From the human T2T-CHM13v2.0 reference genome, Homo sapiens, in the NCBI RefSeq assembly GCF_009914755.1, contig NC_060931.1: 64,000 nt of DNA; one strand, given 5' to 3'. Shown here piece after piece: positions 40,545 to 54,080 of this stretch. The translations under genes and the position numbers were made by a program. Within the stretch, counting starts at the first letter, position 1; the number at the start of each line of letters is the position of its first letter. The notes below the pieces were generated by a model, which saw nothing but the letters and a program-made list of their open reading frames with translations, was not told where the DNA came from and did not search any database.

Positions 40545-41790
40545 TTCTATCATCTGATGTTTATCATCCACATTATCTATCATCTACCTATCCATCATCT
40601 ACGTATCATCTATCGATCTGTCATGTACCTATCATCTATCATCTTCCTATCGATCATCTATCTGTAATCTGTCATCTATTATCTGTCATCTATCATCTAC
40701 CTGTCCATCATCTACCTTTCATCTATCCATCTGTCAGGTATCTATCATCATGCGCCTATCATCTATCATCCACCTTTCCTCTATCACCTACCTGTCATCT
40801 ATTATCTATGATCTATCCATCTATTATGTACCTATCATCTATCATTTGCCTATCTTTCATCTGTAATTTACCTATCTATAACCTGTCATCTACCTATTTA
40901 TCATCTATCATCTGCTGTCATTTATGATCTATCCATCTATCATGTACCTATCATCTCTGTATCATGTATCAATCAGCTATCATCTACCTATCATCTCTCT
41001 GCGATCTATTACCTATCTATTACCTACCATCTACCTATTTATCATCTATCATCTACCTCTCTGTCATTTATCTATGATCTGTCATGTACCTATCATCTAT
41101 TATCTTCCTATCGATCGTCTATCTGTAATCTATCATCTATTATCTGTCATCTATCATCTGCCTATCCATCATCTGTGATCCGTCATATCTGTGATCTACC
41201 TGCCTGTCATCTATCAATCACCTATCATCTGCCTATCTGTCATCTGCCTGTCATCTATCAATCACCTATCATCTGCCTATCTGTCATCTGCCTGTCATCT
41301 ATCAATCTATCATCTGCCTATCTGTCATCTGCCTGTCATCTATCAATCTATCATCTGCCTATCTGTCATCTGCCTGTCATCTATCATCTGCCTATTTATC
41401 ATCTATCTGTGATCTATCATATCTGTGATCTGCCTGTCATCTATCAGTCATCTGTCATCTGCCTATTTGTCATCTATCTGTGATCTATCATATCTGTGAT
41501 CTGCCTGTCATCTATCAGTCATCTATCATCTGCCTATCTGTCATCTGCCTGTCATCTATCATCTGCCTATTTGTCATCTATCAGTCATCTATCAGTCATC
41601 TATCAGTCATCTATCATCTGCCTATCTGTCATCTGCCTGTCATCTATCATCTGCCTATTTGTCATCTATCTGTGATCTATCATATCTGTGATCTGCCTGT
41701 CATCCATCATCTGCCTGTCATCTATCGATCATCTATCATCTGCCTATCTGTCATCTGCCTGTCATCTATCCTCTACCTGTTATCTATCTG
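40545..41790. repeat. Compound (TATC/TCTG/TCA)n low-complexity tract, ~1.25 kb
   Basis: Seen directly; includes an internal block duplication (~40615 vs ~41076). Confidence 0.95.
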
Positions 41791-42284
41791 GCTTCATCCA
41801 TGTGTATCTAGTGGGAGACGAGGAGAGGGAGACCTGGGCCTTAGGCGGGCTGCTTGGCTTGTGAAGAAAGCTCGTGGCGCTGGGTGCCTTCGACAAACGC
41901 ATCTTTTTCTCCCGGTTCCACCTGGGCGAGCGATGAACTTTGAGCTCTATGCATTTGTAGGAATGACAGCACCTGCCCTTCCACCGCAGAGGGGCTCTGT
42001 AATAATCAAGGTGATTAATGCACACGTCAATACCTTGTTGAGGGCCTGCATTTTAGAAGTGACTGTCCAGGGTGCAGTGAGGGGTTGCATGATGGGTGAG
42101 TCTTCCCCTGCAGCAGTGCGTCCCGATGGACGGGGTAGACCAGGAGAAATGGCTGTGGTCGTAGCTAGATGGCACACTTCTCTGAAGGTCCAGTGTGTGT
42201 GTAATCACGGGCTTTGCTGAACACCCCAAACCCTGCGGTTACCTGATGCTCTTAGAAAAATGACCAAAGTTCTCAATATGCCTT

Positions 42285-43123
42285 TGTAAACAAAAGATAA
42301 AATTCTAAGCCCCCCAACCAACTTAATGGACTCCCCTCTTGGCCAAAGGGATCCCAAAGAAACCTGAAAAACGAGTTCAGGCCGTGACAGGGAGAGGGGG
42401 TTGGGCAGGCCTCACTACACCCTCCTTTCCTGGAGTTCATGACCAACATTAACATAAAAACAGAGCTCCTAAGGCTGACCAAACAGACTGTTCGTAGCAA
42501 TAAGATAGCAAATTCCCACCAGACTCTAGTAGAGCATCACATGACGGCCAGCAGGCCCTGAAGAAATATATTTCTTTGACAGATTTTGAAATGGCCCAGC
42601 AAAGCTGTCTGCTGGGGAATCTTGCACTCTGTGGAGAATCCCTGTCCGTCACTAGGTCTTTCTGGAGAGTCTGACACCTTTCAAGGCCCTGATAGTAGAC
42701 ATTCACATTCACTCTCTCTGAAGCCTGCTAGCCGGAGGCTTCATCCACAAGAACCTTGGCTTCCACAACCCCCTTTATTTTCACTCAAGCTGATATCAAG
42801 TCTTCAGGCAGATCTTAACTCTGTTTTACCCAACGGCCAATCAGGAAATCCTGTAATCCACCTGTGACCTGGAAGGCCCCACACCCCGCTTCAAGATGTC
42901 CCACCTTTCTGGGCCAAATCAATGTATACCTTCCAGATATTGCTTTATGTCTTTTCTTGTAACTTCAGTCTCCCTAAAATGTATAAAACCAAGCTATACC
43001 CTGTCACCTTGGGTGTGTGTTCTTGGGACCTCCTGAGGCTGTGCCCTGGGCCATGTCCTTAACCTTGGCAAAAATCAACCTCTAAGTTGATTGAGACCTG
43101 CCTCAAATACATTTTGGTTTACA
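42285..43123 (+). mobile_element. Solo MER4-family ERV1 LTR (MER4D/E-like)
   Basis: tgtaaacaaaagataaaattctaagccccccaacc...ttttggtttaca; exact 4-bp TSD cctt/cctt. Confidence 0.88.
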
Positions 43124-46100
43124 CCTTTGAACAGGCAACCACCTGCCATGCTGGGCCTGGCCTGGCTTTGCCCATTGCCCCAGCGTAACCGTTACTCGTG
43201 TCCCCCTATTCTTGGAAATGTCCTGGTTTGGACATATTATGTGAAGCACATGGTCACCCTACATGCGAGGCCACACCTGATCTGGGCCTGAGTCTCCTCC
43301 TGGACCCGTCTCGCAGCCTCCACTCTGCCTCTCATGCCTCAGCCTTGCTGATCTCTGGAAGCCCCAGGCACGCTCCGCCCCAGGCACCCTCCACCCCAGG
43401 CACATGCCTCCCAGCTTCCACCTGTCTTGGCTCAGGTGTCTGCCTTAGGAAAGCCCTCCCAGTCTGGAGAAGCATCCTGCCTTTCCTCGCTGGGGCAAAA
43501 GCAGAGACCCTTGGACATATCTAAGCAGAGTTTAGTGCCAGGCCAGCCGGGGACCCTACTCAGCTCAGCAGGAGGCTCAGCGATGGAGGCAGAGCAGCTG
43601 GAAGAACATCTCAGATGGTTTGTCCAAGAGACGGGCACACACCAGTGCGTGCCGCAGCCCTGCCCGGGTCCCCCTCCCACCCCAGGCAGGCACACACCAG
43701 CGCATGCCATAGCCCTGCCCGGGCCCCCTCCCACCCCAGGCAGGTGGGGCTCACAGAGACAGGCCACCAGCCTCTCCCTTCTGCTTCTGACCAGTTCTTC
43801 CAGGAGGTGTCTCTTTCTCCTCTCCTGGGGCCCTGACTGTTGCCATCCTCCAATTTCTCAGACCAACCAGGCTCAGAGTTCTTTAAACTTCCCTTTACAA
43901 GGAGGTGTTGCCACTTTCTTGGAGAACTATTCTTAGCTTAATATAATATGATGCGATAGGATACAATATTTAGAGAGATTATTTGATGTCTGCCCCTCCA
44001 GTGAATGCCCAGCATTGTGGGTTTGTACAGCAGGTGTTCCCTGTTTGTTGATGAGCAAGTGGGCAGATGTATGAGTTACTCCTGGTTCCACTCACTCCAG
44101 TCTGGAGGGTTCAGCCAGCGGCTGCCAGGACAGCAGGGCCCCACCCTGAGCACTCGCCCTCAAGCCCAGCCCAGAGCCCACGCTTCGGCTCCACAGGCAG
44201 GGATCAGGTCAGTGGGGCTGCCCTCCAGACCCTTCCCCTTGCCAGGGCGTCCTCACTTTCTGGGTTATGCTCTCCTCTCTGATTCCCTTTCAAAGGAGAA
44301 GCAAGAGGTGCTAAATCGCTAACATTTGTGGGTGAATTGGTAAACCAGGACTTTCCTTTTTGAGAGATGAGGCCCGGGTGGGGCCTGGTGGGAGGAGGGA
44401 GAAAGCTGTCAGCTGAGCCTCCCTGGTCATCATCGGTAGGCATCGGTCATGCATTTGTCACTTGTCCAAAATTCCGAGGGTGTGGGGGATCCAGGGAGCA
44501 TGGAGAAGGGGAGAGGGGGTGAAAGGAGGGTCCTGGGAGTGACGGGGGACCCTGCAGGCCGGGAGGCCAGCGATTCCAGGCCAGAGGGTCCTGGACTTCA
44601 GAGAGAAGCAGGGTCTGGTTTGACGGCCATGCCACCTTTCCAAGTGGCTTTTTAGGGAGAAGAGAAGAAAACAAACAACATTAAAGGAACAAAAGAGGGA
44701 ACTATTTTTAGCTGCGTGTGAAGCAGAAATAGAAATCTCATTGAGGAGTAAATTGGTGAATGAGACTAAATTTAAAAGTTTGCTTAGAAATGAATAGGGA
44801 AGGATAATTAATGACTCAAGTGGTCCTTTAAATAATTAATAATGTTCTCCTGGGAGTAATTAAAGCATCACATGAAAGTGAGGCATTTTCTATGCCTAAT
44901 TGTTCTCAGTTACTATTTTTACACACAAAACCAGAGTTTTTACAATATCAAGAACTTTTGTCCTCGTATTTTCATTAAAATACTGATTTTTTGTTCTTAA
45001 TCTTTTTTCCCATTTTCTAACCTATTTTGCTAGGTCCTCTCCCCAGTTCTGAATGCCCTTTGGAAGAGGATGGGGACAGACAGATGAGGGTGACGGGATG
45101 GAGATATTCCCTCAATATAAGAGTTTTCAAAGTGTTATTTGCTGCCAATTACTAAGCCATGCTTTCCCAAGGCATAACGCTGACAGTGGCTGATTAACGT
45201 CTCCCTTGCTGGCGTCCTGAGGAGCAGGGTCTTCTCTTTTATTTTCAACCCTGTGGCAATCAAGAGCCCTGGGCACCCAGAGGCCCAGGTGTGCCGGCTC
45301 TACCTGGAAGCATTTTCTGATCTCTCCGGACACAAATCTCCTCATTTGTAAGGGGAACCAGTTGAAGGGCTGGTAGACTATTTCAGTGACCCCCAGAACC
45401 CGCAAAGGCAAACTAGGGTGACATTTAAAAACTGAATTTAGCTTCATTTTCATATTCACTTGGAGTCTTTAACAAAATAAACTGACATTATGAGGCGTTT
45501 TGCCTCCTATGCTCTCAAAACCGGAAATAAAACCCCTTATAGTTTCTTCTTTTGCATCTTTGGAAGACAGAAGCCCTGGAATGTTGGCACACCTGGGATC
45601 AGGAGCACTCCTGTGGCCACAGCTGTGTCTCGGCTGTGCCGTGGGATTCTGTCCTTACTCCAAGGATCAGCTCCTCATCTGAAGGAAAAAGGTATTACAG
45701 TGACAGCTCACTCATCAAAAGATGACTTTTCCAGGAAAGTCGCTGTCTGAAAATTGCCAAGACCAGGGACATTTGTAATAGCCCGGTTCTAGGAAAGCCA
45801 GGAGGAAACTGCTCTCTGACAGGGAGGCCGTGAATGCTCCGCCACGCAGAGCTGAGGTCTGGCTTAGACCCTGAGCCCAGCCACCTCTGGCAGTGGGGAC
45901 CCTGTCTCTTCCAAAGGCTGTGGGCCCAGCTGACCTCATGGCTGGCCCTGCTCACCCCCAACCCTCAGTCCTTTCAGACTCCAGGGATGTGTCTGGAATT
46001 CCATAATCACAGTTGGAGCTTCTAGCCTAGGGCTGCGGTCAGCGTTTAAGCACAGATGCCACTGCGGAGGGGAACTCTTTACATTGGAGAGCAGAGGACA

Positions 46101-46465
46101 GGAGTGTGAGGAAATGAGGGGTGAATGAGCCACAAAAAAGGGGGGCCGGGGATAGAGATTCTCAGGGTAAATTTGTCAACCTCAGAATTTTTCTGTGACT
46201 TTACTTTCAATGAAGCTCAATTTTGTGAAAGCTGATGTTACTTCTGAAGTCTTTAACAGAACGATGCATACCTGTGGAAATACATTTTCTTTCCACTTTT
46301 TCTATAATCTCTATTTATAGTAAATGTGTTAAATAGCTACCTATTTTAGAGCATGTGCAATGTGCCAAGCCCCAAGCCAGGTACTAGGAACTCTGAATAA
46401 CTTCCTGTCTCGTAGGGACTGACACTTGGGGACTAGCAGAACCTTTTAGGAAAAGCCACACACCC

Positions 46466-48107
46466 TATATTAGTCAGAGTTCTCCAGAGAGACAGAACCA
46501 ACAGGACATGATGTAGATATGGGTATGTGAGAGGGGGATTATTGGGGGCCTAAACCGGCTCACAGAATTACGGAGACTGTGATGTCCGGTGATGTGCCCT
46601 CTGCAAGCTGGAGCACCAGGGAGGCTGGTGGTGCAATTCAGTCCAAAGGCCCGAGAGCCAGGGGTCCCATGGTGTAATTCTCCGTCCAGGGGTCCCATGG
46701 TGTAATTCTCCGTCCTGGGGTCCCATGGTGTAATTCTCCATCCAGCGGTCCCATGGTGTAATTCTCCGTCCAGGGGTCCCATGGTGAAATTCTCCGTCCA
46801 GGGGTCCCATGGTGTAATTCTCCGTCCAGGGGTCCCATGGTATAATTCTCCATCGAGCGGTCCCATGGTGTAATTCTCCGTCCAGGGGTCCCATGGTGAA
46901 ATTCTCCGTCCAGGGGTCCCATGGTGTAATTCTCCGTCCAGGGGTCCCATGGTGAAATTCTCCGTCCAGCGGTCCCATGGTGTAATTCTCCGTCCAGGGG
47001 TCCCATGGTATAATTCTCCATTGAGCGGTCCCATGGTGTAATTCTCCGTCCAGGGGTCCCATGGTGAAATTCTCCGTCCAGGGGTCCCATGGTGTAATTC
47101 TCCGTCCAGGGGTCCCATGGTATAATTCTCCATCGAGCGGTCCCATGGTGTAATTCTCCGTCCAGGGGTCCCATGGTGAAATTCTCCGTCCAGGGGTCCC
47201 ATGGTGTAATTCTCCGTCCAGGGGTCCCATGGTGAAATTCTCCGTCCAGCGGTCCCATGGTGTAATTCTCCGTCCAGGGGTCCCATGGTATAATTCTCCA
47301 TTGAGCGGTCCCATGGTGTAATTCTCCGTCCAGGGGTCCCATGGTGAAATTCTCCATCCAGGGGTCCCATGGTGAAATTCTCCGTCCAGGGGTCCCATGG
47401 TGAAATTCTCCGTCCAGGGGTCCCATGGTGTAATTCTCCGTCCAGGGGTCCCATGGTGTAATTCTCCGTCCAGGGGTCCCATGGTGTAATTCTCCGTCCA
47501 GGGGTCCCATGGTGTAATTCTCCGTCCAGGGGTCCCATGGTGTAATTCTCCGTCCAGGGGTCCCATGGTGTAATTCTCCGTCCAGGGGTCCCATGGTGTA
47601 ATTCTCCATCGAGCGGTCTCATGGTGTAATTCTCCGTCCAGGGGTCCCATGGTGTAATTCTCCGTCCAGGGGTCCCATGGTGAAATTCTCCGTCCAGGGG
47701 TCCCATGGTGTAATTCTCCGTCCAGGGGTCCCATGGTGTAATTCTCCGTCCAGGGGTCCCATGGTGTAATTCTCAGTCCTGGGCTGAGGGCTTGTGAGTC
47801 CGGGGTCTGCCAAGGTAAATCCCCAAGTCCTGGGGTCCAAAAGCCGAGGAGCCTGGAGCTCCAAAGTCCACAGGCAGGAGAAGCAGTGTCCCGGCTCTGG
47901 AAGGGAGAGAATTCTCCTTCCCTCTACCTTTTTGTTTCCTCTGGGCCCCAGCCGATTGGGCAGTGCCAGCCCACAGTGAGAGCAGATCTGTCCCACTCCG
48001 TCCTCCGACCCATGCGCTGATCTCCCCAGAGACACCCAGAAATCATGCTTCACCAGCTTTACAGATGTCCCGAATCCAGCCAAGTAGATGCCTAAAATTA
48101 ACCATCA
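46466..48107. mobile_element. MLT2-family (ERVL) LTR expanded by an internal VNTR
   Basis: tattagtcagagttctccagagagacagaaccaacagg ... aaaattaaccatca termini typical of MLT2. Confidence 0.8.
46660..47778. repeat. 28-bp VNTR, ~40 copies
   Basis: Unit ggggtcccatggtgtaattctccgtcca with variant units. Confidence 0.97.
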
Positions 48108-48279
48108 GACACGCACATGTGTACCGCGCCTCCTTGAGGAAAGATTCTATCCCCCGTATTTTGCTGAGATTTGTGGAGGACTCTAGGATATGACATTTCC
48201 CACGGGCACAACGCTCCTCTTAGAGCCTCGAACTGTGTGAGACACCAGGGACTTGCTGCTTTTCCCGGAAGCGGGTTAG

Positions 48280-48349
48280 AAACTGTGCATTACAGCCTGG
48301 AGGGCAAAACTCACTAAACTGTGCATTAGAGCCTGGAGGGCAAAACTCA
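48280..48349. repeat. ~35-bp tandem duplication
   Basis: aaactgtgcatta(c/g)agcctggagggcaaaactca occurs twice. Confidence 0.85.
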
Positions 48350-48544
48350 TTTTCCAAATATTAACTACTCCATTCGTGACAAGTTTTGGATTTTAAAATA
48401 TCAGGTGAAAAATTTTCTACACAAATAAATGGATAGGAGAAAACAAATGCGTGCGATCGAACTTCACGGCAAGTGTGGGTTGTTTTCAAGAAACACCGTC
48501 CTGGGTGAGCCTGCCTCTGCCCCCTCCTTCCCCTGTGCTGCGCC

Positions 48545-49016
48545 TCTCTGGCCTCTGCCACCCTGAGACAGCAGGACCAAGCCCTCCCCTTTCCCCTCCT
48601 CCTCAGCCCCTCAAGGTGGGGATGAGGAGGATGAAGGCCTGTAGCTCTGGAGAACAGAAGGCAAGCTTGGAGGCGGTTTGCAGTGCTGCCGTCCTAGTCA
48701 CCGCTCCCCGTCACACCAGGAGGCAAGGCTTTCACGAGGCACACTTCCACTTTGTGAACAGTAAAGTTAGTCTCTCTTATGGTTTTCTTAATACCATTTT
48801 CTTTATCTGATTTTATTGTAAAAATACAGTATGTAATACATGCAGCATACAAAATACGTGTTACTTACCTATTCATGTCAGCGGTAAGGCTCCTGTCAAC
48901 AGAAGGCTATGAGAAGCTAAGTGTTTTGGGGAGTGAAAAGTTCTTTGTGGATTTTCAGCTGTGCAGGGGGTGGGAGGCTTTGGGCCCCAAACCCCCTCTT
49001 CGTTCAAGGTCCACTG
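48545..49016 (+). mobile_element. Tigger2-family (TcMar) DNA transposon fossil
   Basis: gcctctgccaccctgagacagca.gacca...gaggatgaag...gtaaggct.c.gtcaacag...gttcaaggtccactg followed by TA. Confidence 0.75.
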
Positions 49017-52000
49017 TATATGCTGTTCCATCTTTTCCATCAAGAAGCACATGGTGATGCACTTTCAAGAATCTTCTTTCTTTCGCTGTCTTCTCCAGTC
49101 CACAATCATTCTACGTGCCAGATGACGCTTGGTGTGCCAAAAATTCAAAAGTTTCCAGACTCAACTAAATGTGTGCCTGGCTGTAGTTAAAATCATTTTC
49201 CTCTTTGCTTTTTAAGTTGAGGCATAAGTTACACACAGTAAAGGGCAAAGTTCCTAAGTGGGCGACCAGCAAGTTTTTCAGTGGCCTACACTTGTGGAAC
49301 CACTCCTCGAATGAAGATCGGAACATCGGAGGACACAGGGGCTCCCTCGCTCCACCTCCCGGCCACGATGCCACCTCCGCTGCCTGGCTCAGCCGTGCCT
49401 TTCATTTCAAAACTGCAACCAAGGCAGTGTCAGAACATGGGCGATGGTGTCGGAATGTGGGCGACGGTGTCGGAACGTCGGCAATGGGTGACCCGGCCCA
49501 GGACTATGACTGGTGCTGCTGCTGCTCATTCTGATGGGTAACCACACGCTGATTTGTGTGACCTCTGACTGTTTTGTGTTTCCACGTCTCAGCTAGGTTG
49601 CAGACTTGCGGAGTGCAGGGCCTCGGACCTGCGTCTCTTGTCCCCAGTGGTGCCTAAGGAGGTGCTTTCCACACAATGCTGTTTGCCAGCATAGAACTTG
49701 CAACATTCCATCCACGCCCCAGTCGTCTTCAGATGGTCTCACAAGACAGAAAACAAACTCCCAACTGGTTAATCAATTATCGACAATTTACTTAGGACCC
49801 AGGATGTGCAAGGTGCTTTGCTTGGCATCTGAGGAGAAACAGCAGTGAGACCACGGACCATGTCCTCTTTAGTACTTTGTTCTAATCAACTCAACTGACC
49901 ACACAGATGGAATTTAGATAGACAGAAAATAAATGAAATAAGTATTGAGCTTTAACTAAAATTCCTTTATGAGTCAACAAAACATCTAAACACATCAACT
50001 TGGACACATTGTAACGGCAGAAAATGAAGATCTGTTAAGCCCACAAATCAACCCACATTTCTCCTGAAGAATGTTCTTATAATTAGGGCACTTGAGCTGT
50101 GTTAAAGTGTTTCGCTCCTCCAGCGGTCATATTCTACTTTAATTTCCTTCTTGCAGTATACCCTCCCACCAGACCGTAAAAGATGTTGTGGTAAGGAAGT
50201 GACAAAGAATGTGAGGAAAATGAAGAGGATACTCAAAAGCAAGATGCAGAAACGACGATTAGATTTACCCTGTGTTGATTTCCCTACTCCATCGTATGGA
50301 GCCGAGTGTGCTGGGAAAGGTGCTTTGTTTTGTTGCCCGGGTGGTGTGTGCGGGTTATGTGAGGTTGGTCCACGTCGTGACTTGTTCCCTGGAACCTGGT
50401 GGCAGCAGTGTTTTCATAAGCACCACCGGCATGTTGACAGTTGCGTGGAGTTCAGAGTCCATGGACCCTGGGGACCATGACACCCCCGTGTGCAGGTGAC
50501 AACACGCCTGCTGAAGGCCACGCAGTCAACTGGAGAAGCCAGGGCCGGCTGCTGTGTCTATGCAGGATGCTTCTGCTCCTCTGTCCCAGTGTGAGGTGCC
50601 ATGACAACGATCAGGCCTCTCTCAGTGCCTCAGCAGCCAGCCCAGGGCTTGGAATGCTTTGTTGGATAGATCTGTAGGCCACATCCAGGACAACACTGAA
50701 TTACCAATTTCTGTTATGTGTGCTGAATTTTCATTGCTGTAGCCTTGAGTCCAGGCCTTCTATTCCAGCTGGCACAGGGTAGCCAGGGGCTAGTCCCTGT
50801 GGAGAGAAGCTGCCTGTCCACCACCTCCATCAGAGCAGGCCCTGCCTTCCTTCATCCTGAGAAGGCCGTGGCTTACTTTACGGCAGGCACTTCACATGAA
50901 TATTTGATTCAATCCCGCTCATTGCTATGGAGTAAATGTTATTTGTATTCCTGTTTTAGTGACAAGGAAACTGAGATTGTGGTGGTAAAGCCTGGTAGGG
51001 AGTCCTGGTGGTCTCATTTTAGGGCCCATAACCTTAACGTCTTCTGAGGCTCCCTCCTTCTCACTCTAAGGCACTTGCCTTTCTGGTCTGCACAGAGGCA
51101 GGTCCTGTGATTTCAAGTTGCGTCGGTGTGTCTCTGCCCTCTCACTGGCCGGCATGAAGCTCTGGATCCCAGAGAGGAGCAGACCGTCACAGCGGCTTCG
51201 GGTAAACGCTTGCGAATGAGCAGGGAAGGAGCGGCTGATGGTGCCCAGCCTGGCACCTGCACCCAACAGGCCTGGTGCTCCCGCCTGCTGTGGAGGAGTA
51301 GGTCCCCCAGACTCTGTGACTCCGAGACCCTTCTTATCCCTAGAAGAAAACATCAGTTACCGGAGACAACTGTTATACTTGTAACAAAATGTCATTTACT
51401 CACTTGGAGACAAAGTTCAGCCCAGCCACTGCTGCAGATACTATGGACCCATTTTTTTTTTTTAATGGAAGAAAAGGACTATTTAAAAAAAAATCATTGA
51501 TTTTATTACTGAAGTGTACAGAAACCCAAAAGGACAAGCCGGTGTGGAGCAAACCCCCTGGTTTCCCAATGGGGCGTCGCAGCTGCTGAGCAGGATTCCA
51601 GACTGGAGACTGGCGGCGCCCGTTGAAACTTGACTGGCGGTTCTGCGGCTTCACAGCCTCACATGTTGCTTTGAATAAGAGAACATTCCTTTTAATATAC
51701 CAATTTCCCTTCAGTTCTGTTTATGAAATGCTCCTTTGAAAATACTAGTTTAATGCAATCTAGGAATTTAATTCCTAAGAAAATGGAAAAATGAAGTGCT
51801 CTGAGTCACCAGCCAGAGATCACAGTGCTGTGCTCCGGGGCGTTGCTGTGGGTGGTGGCTTGGGGACCCTCGGGAAGCTGTGCTTGGTGTCCCTCTAAGA
51901 GGCTTCCCAGAGCCGCACCTCTTGGTGCAGGAACAGGCCTCTTGCCGGTGACATAGACTCTTCCTGACGTCTCCACTAAATTGCTCATTTTTGTCAACAT

Positions 52001-52219
52001 CCAACCTAGACACTGCTCACACCAAGTAAGAACGGCTCACTCCCCACAGTGACTCCTCGGGAGGCGTTTCCCACCGTGGGATTCTTCCCCATCTTTCTTG
52101 GCAGGCCCGTCTCTCCTTAGCGATACCACAAATCACCCCTTCCACGACCAAACCCACCCAAATGAATCGCTTCTGTTCCCTTCCCCACCCGCTGAACACT
52201 TGTAACATTGTAACAGTGA

Positions 52220-52604
<385 letters not shown>

Positions 52605-52849
52605 TGTTATTTATTTTTGAAGTTGAAGTTCATGAACTGATTTTTATTTTTAAATTATTTTATTAGCTTTATTTTTAAATTGTCTGCTAATTCATCCTTA
52701 AAAATCAATTCCGTAAGTTTTTCACTTATTAAAAGTGAGGCTGTCGTGGGCCCTCCACCCAATTCACTTGGGACCCTCACTGGGGAGGCGAGTGAGAAGC
52801 CTGGCCTGAGCCTGCCATGCTGAGGGGCTGAGCAGAGACGTGAACCCCT

Positions 52850-53040
52850 GGCCAGGCGTGTGTGTGCCTGAGCCGTGTGGCGTCCAGCCTGGGGCTGGCC
52901 ACGGCGACATGAATGGCCCCACGTGGGAACTGCCCAGCTGAACCCTTCCCAAGTTTCTGACACACAACATTTTGTGTATAGGCAAAATAAAATTCATGTT
53001 TGAAGCCGCTAAATCCTGGAGTGTTTGTTCCACAGCAGCA
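52850..53040 (+). mobile_element. MLT1-type MaLR LTR fragment
   Basis: aactgcccagctga.ccc..ccc..tt.ctgac.cac...aataaa...tgtttgaagcc.ctaa...tggagtgtttgtt.cacagca. Confidence 0.55.
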
Positions 53041-53619
53041 GCAGCTGAAGCAGGTCCCGGATGATGTCAAACATCTTGCAGCTGTGCAGAGGGCACCATC
53101 CATCCTGCACCTTTCTCAGCTGACTCTCAGGCCGGAAAGCGTCCCGATGAAATGGGGTCCTAAGGTGACGCCAGCCCTGGCCACAGTCACAAATGCTGAG
53201 AGCCTCTAGGTGAACTCGGGTCACAAAGTCTAACACCTTCCTTGCAGGTTTCATGTTAGCCTGTTTCCAGATGCAGCCTGGGAACAGTAAGTGTGGGTGC
53301 ACCTGTTCTAGGTGTGCCACTGTGTCTGGGTGTGAATGCTTTTAGCCCCCACGGGAGGCGAATGCCACTTTTTCTTCACTTCGAGATGCAGAGTCACGAG
53401 TGCAGGAATGAGGTGAAGCAAAGCTGTGCGGCTCCGTGGGGCAGGACTTGCCCCAGCCCGTCTGGTCCAGCAGCCGCACTCTCAGCTGGACCCTTAGACG
53501 GGAAATCTTAGCGACTTTTCTAGGGTGAAGCTTGATGGCGTTGTGATGGGGCGTTCTCGATGCTGCTTTCTTAGCCTAGAAAAGCACAGAGTGGGCGCCC
53601 TCCCTGCTCCGTGGTGCGC

Positions 53620-54080
53620 GTGTTGATTGTCTACTGCTGTATAACAAACTCTCACAAACGTTAGTGGCTTCAAACACCTGTTTGATTTTGCACACGATTC
53701 CATGGACAAGGGATCCTCTGATCCTCCGGGTTCTGGCACTGCTGAGGCTGAAGGACCCACCTCCCACCGGGTGCTGGTGCGGCTGAGGCCGAGGGACCCC
53801 TCTTACCGGGTGCTGGCACAGCTGAGGCTGAAGGACCCACCTCTCATTTGGCTTTTCTGAGCGTGCCTGGCCTCTCTCTGTCTCTCCACGTGGGCTCTCT
53901 GTGTGGCTGGGGCTGCCCACGTGTGTGGAGTCAGCGTGGTGCTTCTCACATGGAGTGGCTTCCCGAAGGCAGGTGACATCGGCCGCAGGCCAGGTCAGGG
54001 CTATGCCTGTAGCCAGCAGCTTCAAGCCTCCGACCCTCAGTCTGAACCGCAAGTCCTGCCCAGGTTAAGGGGTGAAGAAA
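53620..54080 (-). mobile_element. MLT1-type MaLR LTR fragment
   Basis: tctactgctgtataacaaact.tcacaaacgttagtggcttcaaacac. Confidence 0.5.

Noticed and set aside
40457-42220. Ile/Tyr/His/Leu/Ser-rich ORFs
   Set aside because: Translations of the TATC low-complexity tract
46474-47734. Three overlapping 320-410 aa ORFs on the minus strand
   Set aside because: Translations of a 28-bp VNTR that happens to lack stops; no splice or domain evidence
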